DNA of 62,960 bases, the filler included, from Guillardia theta CCMP2712 (Eukaryota > Protista > Cryptophyta): the NCBI RefSeq assembly GCF_000315625.1. It is 4 parts of 4 records of this genome, joined end to end, with 100 filler letters (N's around TTAATTAATTAA, not from the genome) between each part and the next. Parts side by side here need not be neighbours in the genome. Positions count along the whole stretch, not along the records: positions 25,412 to 50,113 come from NW_005434654.1; 3 more parts are not named here. One strand, 5' to 3'. Shown here piece by piece: positions 27,306 through 38,830 of this stretch; positions within the stretch are counted from its first letter, which is position 1; every line of letters begins with the position of its first letter. The notes under the pieces are model-generated. The model did no database searches. It had not been told where the DNA came from and was given only the letters and a program-made list of their open reading frames with translations. The position numbers and the translations under genes were made by a program.

Positions 27306-29495
27306 ATGGCTTTTCGACAGGAGGTTGGCGGCCGCTGACTGTCTTCTTCACTCACAGATTCGAACCAAGTGTTACCCTGAAGATTGATCCTCTGTTTCAC
27401 AACACAAAGCAAGAGCCATCACTTCACGTGCCATGCAATCTGGCATGTACATCAAGGGGCATCTTGTTCAGCAGAGCCTCCAGCATGATGATTCGGTGGG
27501 TTGAGGAATGAAAGTCGGTGAAGCTGAAGATGCATCAGGACGACGATGAGGAGATGATGTTCAATGGCCGAAAGTCGAGCAAGAGAACAAAGCAAACCAC
27601 AGTGAAGGGTCCTTGGGGAAAGGACGAAGACGACGTTGTGATCAGACTGGTATATTCCTGCATTCCTCTGCTTTGGAGCGTTTCTGGTTGAAATTTCGCA
27701 CAGGTGGGACAATATGGACCGAAGAGATGGTCCCTGATAGCCTCCAACCTCCCTGGAAGTGCGTGATGCTACTTCCAACCTTCGCCACAGCCTGATGGTC
27801 GCCTGCAGGGACTGGGAAGCAGTGCCGAGAGCGATGGCACAACCAGCTCGATCCCAACATCAAGAGGGAGGAGTGGACGGAGGAGGAGGATCGCATCCTT
27901 ATCGACGCGCACAAGAAGGCAAGCTCTCTCCTCGCCGTCCTCGGCTCTCTTCCCCTCACCATGGCGGCAGTTTGGGAACCATTGGGTCGGGATCAGCAAG
28001 CTGCTCCCTGGACGTACCGACAACGCGATCAAGAACCGCTGGAACTCTACGATGAGTAAGATGAACTTGCTGTGCTGTTGCTGCTCCTCTCACTCAGGAC
28101 AGAAAAACGAGCGATGCCATCCCCCGTCTCCAAGAAGCTCACACCCAGCAGCACGGTCAAAGAGACTGCAAGTCTGAGGCAAGGACCATCAGAGAAGGTG
28201 AAAGATCATCTCCTCCTCCTCCTCCTCCTCCTCATGGACTCATCACAGGCTCTGACATCATCCTCTTCCAAGCCTTCATTACAGCCGGAGGTTGTCCGAC
28301 AGATTCCTCGTGGCACGGCGCCTAACTTCGTGCTTTGCAGAAGAGCTCTTCCCAGCAGAAGCGCTCTAGATCAGAGGCAGTCGTCTTGACCAGTTACCCT
28401 CCTGGTAATCAATGAGTCTCCAGCAGCCACCCGAGCTGATGTCACTTGACAGTCAAGTCGAGAAGACTCGGGGACTCACAAGTTGAAACCTTGAACAGCT
28501 TCGGAAGGTTCACGAAAGATCCTCTTTCCCCGCCTGGTAACCCTCCCTTGCCTTCTCCTCCCCCCCCACACCTCGCCGTTGCTTCTCCTCCCCTTGCCTC
28601 CTCGCTCTAGCTCAGTGGTACCTCAGGATTCAAGGACTCGGAACTCTCGGACGTCTCGATGGTCGAAGGGTCAGTCCCCTCGCCCTCCTCCTCCACCTCT
28701 GATCGGGCTGGCAGGACCCCCGAATCCAGCCACAACGATTCTCTCCTCTCACACAACGCAACCCTCCTGGACTGTCACTCTTCTCACTTCGCTCGGACTC
28801 CTGTGCACTCCTCTTCCAGAAAGGTAACTGCCTCCCTCCCTTCCCCTGCAGCACTTGGATGAAGTTTCACCTTGCTTTCAGCTGCATGCTCCCGACTCGG
28901 ACTTGAGGAGCAGCAAGAATCTCCTCAGCGCCATCTCTTCCCCCAGCAGGCAAGGTTCCCTTGCTCAGCCTCCTTGAAGTGAGGAGAGGACAGGAGCTTG
29001 ATCGACGGCAAAGATGAGTTCTGCTGCTCAGTTGGAAACATGGACTCCTCGCTTCCCATGATGGCCTTAGGTGAGTGGGAGAGCAGGAAAGTGAAGGGGG
29101 AAGGAATGCCTCTCATGCTTCTCCAGGCCTCACTCCCAGCAGCTTCTCTCCCTCCACCTTCCTCTCCTCCCCGGGCAACGTCAACGTAACTCTCTGATGC
29201 TCGAGAGACGTTGTTGGCTGATGAGGTCGCTCAGATGTCATCGTTGAAGCGATCATCGCTGACGGGGGGAAGGGGGAAGCCGCTGCTCTCTCCTCCTCTC
29301 GACCTCAAGGAGGTCCGACGACCCATCAACTTCTCTTCTCCCCTCCAGGGGTTCGAGGAAGGCGCCACCTCCCGATCTGTAAAGATGGAGCCGCTGGTGA
29401 GGGAGAAGCGGGTAAGGGCGAGGCTGACGGGTCGACAGGCTCCCCTGGACTTCAACAAGCTCCAGGACGCAGCCCTGACAGACCTGAACCTCTGA
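27306..29495 (+). CDS. R2R3-type MYB transcription factor
   Basis: Spliced exons read [15 protein letters not shown]|[18 protein letters not shown]|[37 protein letters not shown]|[28 protein letters not shown]. The start is uncertain. Confidence 0.9.
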
Positions 29496-29660
29496 TCTGG
29501 GGCGACGTCCAGCAAACGAGTCGCGTTTTTTTCCCCCTAAGCGAAAGATTTGAATGGTTACTTGAATAATGTTATTAAAAGACACTGCGCAAAGTCGCGA
29601 TAACTCTCTCCTCCTCCATCTACCCCTCCCTCTCCCCCTTCATCTACCCCTCCTTCACTC

Positions 29661-31030
29661 TCACTCCTCAGACCCGTGGATCAATACTTGAAGCTCCTCG
29701 CCATCCTTCACAATACCCTGCCATGCCCGTCAGCTCCTAACCACCTCATCCTCATCCTCCTCCTCACCTTCTCCCGGCCGTTGGCATTCAGCATGTGCGG
29801 GTGGGCGTGAGTGTTGTGCTCCTTCGCCTTCTTCTTGTGTGTTGCATGCATGGCGATCGACCCGAAGACGAGCACCAGACCCAGGCAATGAGCAGCAGTG
29901 AAAGGCTTCGGGAAGATCATGTAGGACAACAACAAACTTGAGAACTTGCGGATGAAGGAGGTGAGAACCGCTGTCACAGCAGAAAACTCTCCTGCGACTT
30001 TCAACAGCATCACCGTGCCGATCATGTTGAACAATCCCCAAGCTATCTCACAGACGAAGACAGCTTTGTTGTTGAAGCACTCCAAAATTCCTTCTTGTAG
30101 TTCACCCGTTATAGCAGTGAAGATGATGATACAGAATGCAGAGAAGATGGATTGAACGAACATGAGCTCATACTCGTCACAAACATTGCTCTTCTGCACC
30201 TTCTCCTGTAAATTCCCCAAGACTGAATCGAAGCAAAGCGCTAGCAGCAGCAGGAGAAGCCCGATGATTGTTTGCAAGTTGGTTTCCAAGATTGACGATG
30301 GCCCGCCGACAAAGTCAGCTCCCGCAAACAGAATCATTCCCAGCACTAGTCCCCCCGCGACCATATACTCGAAGAACGAGTAGGTCTTCCCTAAGATGAA
30401 GGAGCTGCCTATCATGACGGCGACCAACTTGCAAGACTTGAAGACAATCTGAGTTGGAATGGAGACAAAGGCCAAGGCAAGCTTCGAAACTCCGTTGCTG
30501 CACGCATACGCCAGACACAACCAGAACATCACTACCCTGATGGATTTATCTTGTAGCGCTTCGCAGACTGGAAACCTGAGGCCTTTGCTCCCGCCTTCGT
30601 TCGACACTTTGTAAAGTACATAAAGGAAGGAGTAGAGGAGACACATGATCATGACCATGAAGAAGGCATGCTTAAAGTGATATTGCTTAAAGAGAACCTA
30701 CGGCACAGGTTGAGCAAAACACATGAGATCTGAGGATGAGGTTACCTCTTCAAGGTAACTGGTGGCTGTATGAGATCCAATGACTAATGTGCATATCCAG
30801 AACAGTCGTAGCTCCTTCATGTATGCAACTCCTGCAAGCTTGATGAGATGACAGTTTTCCATGGGGAGACGTCAACGTTACCTCTTAAATATCTTGTGCC
30901 ATTTGCGGGATTCTTCTGACACATCACACGAAAACTAACAGATTTGATCCTGCACACGTTCAGAACACATCATCAAGATAATCCAAGACGAGCTACCTTG
31001 CTTCAGCTTTCTTGAATTACAATCGCATGT
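29661..31030 (-). CDS. UAA-family nucleotide-sugar/PAPS transporter (SLC35B3-like)
   Basis: Multi-TM ORF 29708..30658 with PTQIVFKSCKLVAVM, DSVLGNLQEK and TSFIRKFSSLLLSYMIFPKPFT motifs. 5' exons continue upstream and the start is unresolved. Confidence 0.85.
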
Positions 31031-33275
31031 TGCGCGTCAAGTATTGAAGGTTTATGATTGGATCCTGTACCAGCAGTTAGAAATATGTACACGAGTGCGA
31101 AACTTTGTCAACTTTTCAACATTTTCTCACACAGCCACTATCGTTAAGTCCTAAGTTGGCTACACACAGAAGACAAGTGGTGTCTAACATACAAGATATG
31201 CACAGGGTTTGATTCCGATCAGAAACCCTTATGCCAGATCATTTCCGAGTAACTTCCCATCTCGTGGGAAGATATCACTGAAACTGTTTTTCCAACCGTC
31301 TGTGAGAATATCTCTGTTTCCTGCTACTCTCAGGCTCACAATCGTTTTTCAACAATACTTGCTCTATCCGAAAATGTTTTTTCTCAAAAGTGGCCTAAAC
31401 TCTCGTTTGCAGTGCTTCACCTACACCTTCCATATCTAAGAGCAACTCCGAAATTCGAAATCATACGAGATTCCTTTCTGCCATCCGCTCCTTGACCTCA
31501 TCTGCCTTGGGCATCATGTTGTCCCCTCCATCTCATCTCTTCTCCGATGTTCTTCACTCCCTCCTTCTCCTCCTTGTCCTCGCTTCCTACTCGCATGCTC
31601 CTTGTGCTCTGTGCATGATGCTGGGAGCTCCATACAGGGAACGGGCTAGGGTGGGGTGAGCCCGATGAACGGTGTAGGGTGGGTAGTAGAAGGGGCGTAG
31701 GGGGGTAGAGGGGGTCAGAGCTTAGTTAGAACTCGAATGGGGTAGGGGTGAATGCTCGGGTGGGTAGTGGAAAGTTCGAATGGAAGGAAGTAAGAGCATG
31801 TATGAAGCCCAAGAGAAGGGCATAAGCCTTTAATGATAATACCTCAATCGAAAAATATGATACCTATGGGGTATATCCTCTTCGTTCTGCATTGCTGATA
31901 AGGAGGGGTGATGGACTTCTAGGGCAGGACTGGTTGGGGGCGGGCAGGGTAGGGGTGCAGGAGCCGAAGAGATTGATGGGAAGAGGTGAATACATATGCA
32001 TTATTTACTAGTGCCTTAATTGAAGAAAGTGACATCTATGTATGTATGAATCTTCGTAACTCAGACTGATGCGATGGGGGTAGTTAACGAGGGGTCACGG
32101 GTCCTCGGATCCATTCCATGGGTGGGGTACAGCTACAGCTGGGGAGCGCAAGAGTAGGGGGTGGTAAGCTTGCTCAGGTGGACGGGGTGGATGAGGACTT
32201 TCGAAACTTATCAGGAACATAGTTGATAGGGGGGGTGGGGTTGGCGAGAGTGGTACTGTCAGGGAAGTGTAGGGGTCTTGCGAGGGTGGGGTGGTTTATA
32301 TAGGGGTGGTATTGAGATTGACACGACTGAAGGGGGGTACGGTAGGTTATCAGCGCAGCCGTTGGATGTCGAAGAGTTGTTAGACACAGAGGGTGGCCTG
32401 TTGTGGGTGGGGTGGTATTGAAATGGTACGGGTGCTTGACTCATGCAGTGGCAACTTCCAACTGGGGGTGTCTTAGAATACGTGGTGGGTGATTCAAGTA
32501 CCGGTGCATAGAGATATGTACCCTACCTATGAACTAAATTATCTTGACGAATCAAGGGTACTACAGAGAAGGACGGGGTAGTGCGTAAAACTTTAGCAGA
32601 AACAGATGGTGGGTGCTTTCACTCATCTACGTAGGGTCCTTCAAAAGGGGGTGGGGGTCCACGTGCACCCAAGCAAGTCGCCAATGGCATGCTAGCAGTA
32701 TAGTGCCCGTTTGGGGACAAAGTAGTAGGTGGGGTGGGAAAAAATATGTTCAGAAGAATTCCCGGTGAAATGAGGGGGTGGGGGTAGTCCAGAGCACCAA
32801 TTGATTCCGAATGGTGACTTCTTGAGGCGATTGAGATTTTGGTTGGGTGGGTCATTCATCAGACCTTCACGGTGGGGTAGTATAGGTATATATCACCCCT
32901 TACTTTCATGGCATAAATGGGGGCTATAATACATAAATAACGGGTGGTGTGGATATTGACCCAAAACAGGGGGTAGGGTTATGGGTCGTTCTCGTGGGAG
33001 ATTTCAAGTTCGTTTTCTGATCGTTTTCAGTCAAGGGTGAGTGGTGGATGAGGGTGATGATAAAGTATATGAGGGCGATGACACCTATTATGAGGGTGAT
33101 GATATAAAATATGAGGGGGATGAGTTGAATGGGGATGAGGGCATACGCTGGTTTTCGGAAGGGTGGGGGTGATCGTATCACCGGTACTTTTATGAGAAAA
33201 TTTGCTAAAAATTAGGGGTATACATAAGATAAGGGGGGGTCTTGTGACCTGGGTAGGACAGATCGGCGAAGAGAC

Positions 33276-34297
33276 ATGGCGCGAGGTGGAGGAGCGAAAG
33301 GGTCGGCGATTGCGATGGCCGTGGGGTGTGCGACGGCCTTCCTTCTGCTGTATGCCGGATGGATCAAGCGCGATGAGCGAGTGGTATATTATGCGTGACC
33401 GCATCTTTCCTCATCCCTCCCTCCTTCCAGCTCCTGATGCATCGCAAGTTTTGATTTGGCTCACTCTGTTGCTGCAGGAGGGTCTCCAGGCTCGATACGA
33501 GTGGATGCAGGTGGAATGCAGTCTAGAATTATGGATGTTGAATGACATGGTTGAGCACCACAGGGGCTGAGGAGACATCCAGCATATGTCAGACAACAGA
33601 TGATGAGATTGCAACCGGCTGTGTATGTGGATCGATGGACCAAGATGCAGGCAGCCGACCTCCTGGGGAAGAATGAAATCCTCGCAGCAAGGGACTCAGG
33701 AGTTCCTACCTGCTACCCTGACATTGTCGTTGACAAATCTGGAAAGTTGGCGAGAATGGTAATTGGAGGTGCCGCCCGCTTGTTGTAGCTGACGGAATCT
33801 TTGCTAGGCGCCTCAGTCGATTCTCAGGGCAATCCAGAAACCAGCGTTCAACGTTGTCCCCAGGTCGAGGTCACAAATGCTAGCCTGTCTCTGCGACTCC
33901 TGCGATCCCAAGGCCGGATTCCCTCCAGGTACCCGGTGCTTGACGCATGCTTGACATGCTGAGGTCCGTGATAGTTTGCAACAACTGCACCTGCGAAGAG
34001 ACCGTGGACAAGAATCCGGATGAGGTCTTCATGCTTGGGCACGCAAAGGCATGTCCCGAGAAGGGCTGCCAGAGCATCAAGGTTGCGCTCAACTGGCCGG
34101 CAAGGCTCGTCTCCTGACCCTCGTTGCAGAACGAGACTACTCCCAATGCCCTGCTGGACTTCCCCGAGTGCCAGGCAAGTCGCTGACGTTTGAAAAGAGT
34201 TGAGTTTGCTGACCCTGGTGCTCCACAGACGTGGGCTTGCTTCAACAAGGATGGATGGTTCTGCTCCTGCACTTGCCCTGGACAAGGCTGTCCGTAG
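33276..34297 (+). CDS. Hypothetical N-anchored membrane/secreted protein with Cys-rich C-terminus
   Basis: Seven in-frame exons, from MARGGGAKGSAIAMAVGCATAFLLLYAGW through CLCDSCDP and CNNCTC to WACFNKDGWFCSCTCPGQGCP*. Confidence 0.55.
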
Positions 34298-34499
34298 CGA
34301 CATCTAACTTCAGCGCTTTACTTCACATCTGCGGCTGATTGTAGCGATTCTACCGATGCCAAGTGGATCTGCACGAGGAGAATTCTTGATTGGGGACTCA
34401 TGTATGAATAAAGGAGGGAGATTTTGACTGCTCCTGCTGTTGGTTCAGGCACGCAGGTAAACAAAGTCAAAGTGCGATGTGACATGGACTTTATTTGGG

Positions 34500-36485
34500 C
34501 TATCGGGGAAAGAATTCCACAGGATCGGAGCCAAGCATCTTCTCTTCAAACTTTGAGCCCTGCAAGTCGGTCACGCGAGCTTGCAACGGAGGGGGCAGGT
34601 CACCGACAGCACCACATGGATGACCGGGTAGCCGGGAACTACGTGCCCCTCGGCCTGCAGAAACTCTCGCAACGTCCATCCCATGTCGATCCTGCATGGC
34701 AAATCAGCACCACCTCCAGCAGACGTCGAGCTGAACTGACAACCTCTGCCACGTCGGCTGGTGCCTGCGCCCAGTGACAGGGTCCGTCAACCACTCGCTC
34801 TTGCCTCCTTTCATGAGGGGGACCTGGCGGAGGGTCAGGCAGGAAGCAACTTAAGGCAAGGGGGCACATACCTGATGAGCGATGAAGTAGAGGCTCACTG
34901 TGGATCGCCAGTACCTGTGTTCGGGGTCCCAGTAAGGAGGGGATGGGCAGTCCAAGACGGGCTCGAGTATCTCGTCCAAGGTAGCTGCCTCCGAGCACTG
35001 CCTCGTGGTCAGTCAAGTTGCGGCCCGGGGACAGGGGAGGCACTTGTCGGAGGAAGTCGGTGCATCGTGACTCTTCGTAGACGAGCAAGAGCGGCCAGCA
35101 AAGTTCCTCCCCGATGACATTCACGTCGATCAGCTACAGCACAGGGTCACTTCATCCTGTGGCGGTACAAGTTGAAAGCCAAACCTCCCGCTGAAGAAAC
35201 TCGGGGTAGATGCAGGGGCCCAGCAGAATTCCTCGGACATGGATCCCCCTCCTAACGCCCACTCTCTCTCTCAGCTTCGACTTGTGCTCGAGCTTCTTGA
35301 TCTGCCAGCAGCCCATGAGCACAAGGCCGCGTGACGACGATGATCACCGTCTCTTGTCGAGAGAAAGTTTCTTGCTGCTGATTGGCCTCTTGAAGTATGT
35401 CAGGAATATGCTTGGTAAAAATGACGTCGGTGGATTGCGAATCTTTCATCCTGCAGGCATACCATCACATCTCAAGCTCCGATGTAAGCTCTCGCACACA
35501 CCCATGATCGCATGCGATCTCTACTGCCAGGTTGCAGTAGAAGACAGCACTTGCAAATCTACGTGGAGTGAGTTCAGACTCTCAACTCCTGCTCCGTCCT
35601 TAGCTCTCACCTCTGGAGACCGAGACTCGCCCTAGCTGCTCTTACGCACGACTTCACCGAGAGCTTGACAAGCGTTTGTGTTTCAGTTCGGTTGAGATGG
35701 ACGGCTCGTCGAGCAAGCAGGTGGGTCATTGGGAACATGTGCTTGGAATTCTCAGCTCCTCGTCTTCCTGTACGGGACTGAACGGCGTTGGCGACATACG
35801 CTTCAAACATGGAGAGCGTTGCGTTGCAGTCTCTTATCACATGGCCTAGGTTGCCTCGCTGGAGGTGGCACATGGCTCTGTTGGAGAAACAAGCAGCTCT
35901 GAAAGTCGTGTCATCGTATCACCTTCATGGATGGACGAGGAAGCAGTCACCTCAACATCACGTCGGAGCAATTCTTGCACAAGGCTGTGGTATAATGTTG
36001 AGCTGCAGCCACGTAGAATTTGGAGCTGTTCTCATTTCCTTGCTCTGCCCGACGCAGAGCGTAAGTTTGACAACAGGGGGGGACGTTGTAGGATCGACTT
36101 CACCTTTCAACTCACGAGCAGAGCTTACTGCTTTGTTTCCCATTACTTTGTGATACTCTGCAGCTTGGTCCGCATCCTCCTCCCCTTCCATGATGGCATT
36201 TATCCACTCATCACGGGCTTGTTCAGCTTCGGCCTCCGTCAATCCTTCCATGAACAGCGGGTCGTGACCCTCATCGACAAATCGCTTGCTCCAGACAAAC
36301 TCCTGAAACCTCTTCCGCTCCTCCATCGTTCGGTTCCCTGAGCCTCCGCCTCCTCTGAGCATAACACGAGGGCACGCCGTTCCTTGGAGCGATCTGCCCT
36401 GCCCTGGCTTGCATGCATGCTGTATTCCCCCCAAGGTTGGAGAGGTAAGGAGGAACAAGAAGCTCGCAATGGCAATGCAGTTCAT
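34500..36485 (-). CDS. TTC4/Cns1-like TPR co-chaperone with N-terminal signal peptide
   Basis: Contains PLFM, AEYHKVMGN, the TPR motif FSNRAMCHLQRGNLGHVIRDC, and wheel-domain-like WPLLLVYEESRCTDF, PPYWDPEHRY and VVPGYPVIHVV. The leader MNCIAIASFLFLLTSPTLG is hydrophobic. Confidence 0.75.
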
Positions 36486-37003
36486 CGTCGGCCCCTCAGA
36501 CCAGCAGCTCCTCCCAGCGCCCTCGCTCGGTCTATCATTCCCCTCCTGCTCCGCCGCTGTCCTCCTCTCCTCCTCCTTCACCCTTCCGATGCGCCTCCAT
36601 CTCTATACTGCAAGCACTACTACATTGGCCATTGGGAATGAGGGGGATGATTGTATCCATGGGAATATGAGGGGGATGAGCCTGCGGCACGGTGGTCGTG
36701 ACTCAGTGACTGGCAGAGTCAGTCACTCAGTGGTTCAGTGGGCAATATCAGGGCCTTGTGTTGCGGAACTACGGTGCCAGTGACTGAGCCGGGCCAGTGA
36801 GTCACGCGGCCAACTTGGCAACACCGTGACGGTGACCGGCCGGGCCGCTATGCCAGTCAGGCTGAGGCGGACACGACGATCAAAACTTTGACAGATCGGC
36901 AGTTATTAATGCATGTGAGACAGAGGGAGAGGGAGAGGGAGAGGGAGAGGGAGAGGGAGAGGGAGAGGGAGAGGGAGAGGGAGAGGGAGAGGGAGAGGGA
37001 GAG

Positions 37004-38830
37004 GATGATGGGAGGTCCATGCAATGTAATCCTGATTTTGGCATCAATCAGGTCAGATGTGAATTTGTTGAGAAGCGAGAACGATGATCTCCGGAGAACC
37101 TGCCAAGTCCTCCTGCAGACACAGGAGATGCAGGTAGATTGTGCGAACCTGCATGGCAGCGTTCTGAGATGGGCACCTGAAGATCAAGGCGATCGCGGAG
37201 CAGCAGAGGACGTGCAACCATCTGCACGAGAAGAACAGGAAGGGTCCTTGTGCCGCTTCCCTCCTCCTCTCATGATGCATCTCCAGAGATCTGTGCGAGA
37301 AGCTCGAAAAAGTGCTCAAGAAGAGCGAAGCGAGCGAGCGAGAGCTCAACCTGCTCTACTCTCTCAGAGTCAAGGACGAGGAGCGACGCGAGAGGCTTCG
37401 GTGAGCGGCAGGGACCTTTGGCATGCCCGGGTTGACCTGCGAGTTCAGCGCATGGCGGATCAGACAAGCCGACCAAAGATGCCGTCGAAGCCATAAGCGT
37501 CGGCTTGCGTCAGTTGTCAGCCACTGGAGATTTCTGGTCGACACTCGAAGTTGGTTGACGAGACATCTGCTGAGAACACATGCAGACAACAACAGTCTCT
37601 TCTCACCAGCATCGGCAAGTCAGGAAGGCCTTCAGCGAATGGTCTTTGAACGTCAATTGCCACAAGCAACTTCGAAGGTGCCTGAAGGCTCTGATCTGAT
37701 TGTTCTCTAAACTTCAATGGACTTCTCTATCCCTCTTCTCCCTCTTCCCTCCTGTCTTTCGCCCCCTCCTCCCCTCCTCTTCTCTGCTGCTTCACTTTGT
37801 GATGTTCCGTGCAGATCCATCAGGCTGCGATCTCTCAGTCTGATCTTTGGCGAATGGCAAAAGTTGCCGAACGAGATGAAAGAGAGGAGGAGGAGGAACC
37901 TGTCAGCCGCTCTTCGAGCATGGCAGATGTACGTTCATGCTCGAGGCTTGGCGCCCGTCTGACCCGCTCTTGTTGCAGCCTCCTAGGGCAGGTCATGATG
38001 GCGAGAGTGCAAGGGGGGGAAGTTGACGATTCGTCGTCACGCAGACAAGGGAGGAGCACAGGGCCAACGTCTCATGCCTGAAGCTGCACTTCATGCAGTG
38101 GACGAAGGCAACGCTGATGAGGAGGATGCTGAGGAGGAGGAGGAGAGTGTGTCGTCCATCCTGTCAAGCTTCTTACCTTGCAGCAGGTGGAGGATGCAAG
38201 AACGTGGGCAAGTCGGCAGCCTGTGCAGGTCAGCCCTGACTTCCCCTCCCTCGTGACCTCCAGCCTCAGGATCTACTTCCGGACGTGGAGGACAAACGCG
38301 GACAAGTGTCGGAGGCTCGTGGCCTACGTTGACAAGCGGGCGGTCAAGATGTTTGACAGGAGGAGAGTGTGAGTGAACTCAAGGAGCTGACGTGCCCGCC
38401 GTTGACGTCTTGTCAGCTCCCGCCACGTCTTGAGATGGCGATGCTTCGCCTTCAGTGCTCGGAATCCTTTCTCCTCCCAGCGCGTCCCCTTCCTCACTTG
38501 GCTTGGAGTGCGCAATAGGTACCTGCACCTCCTCCTGCTCCTCGTGTCCTTGGGCCCCCTCGGGGAGGCGATGGGTGGGGGGAAGGAAGCAATGGCTGAG
38601 GAGAGGCAACAGGTACGAGAGGGCGAGCAGGGCGCTTGCTCGAGCCACACGAGGCAGCAGGTGAGTTGAGTTTACACGGTTCATCCCATGACAATAGAGC
38701 AGCGGCGGCGGCGGTGCTGACAAGGAGGAGGACGCTTCTAGCAAGCGACTTTGTTCGACTCGCTTCTCCCTGCACCTCAGCGGATCCCCCAAGGTGACGT
38801 CACCCTACAACAAGATGTCCCAGACATCCT
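37004..38830 (+). CDS. Coiled-coil protein with Sfi1/POC5-like Trp repeats
   Basis: Exons carry recurring basic-helix/W motifs (VVSHWRFL, IFGEWQKL, ALRAWQMY, HFMQWTKA, YFRTWRTN). Boundaries are approximate. Confidence 0.4.

Noticed and set aside
31640-33255. Interstitial telomeric repeats
   Set aside because: G-rich but with no tandem periodic unit.
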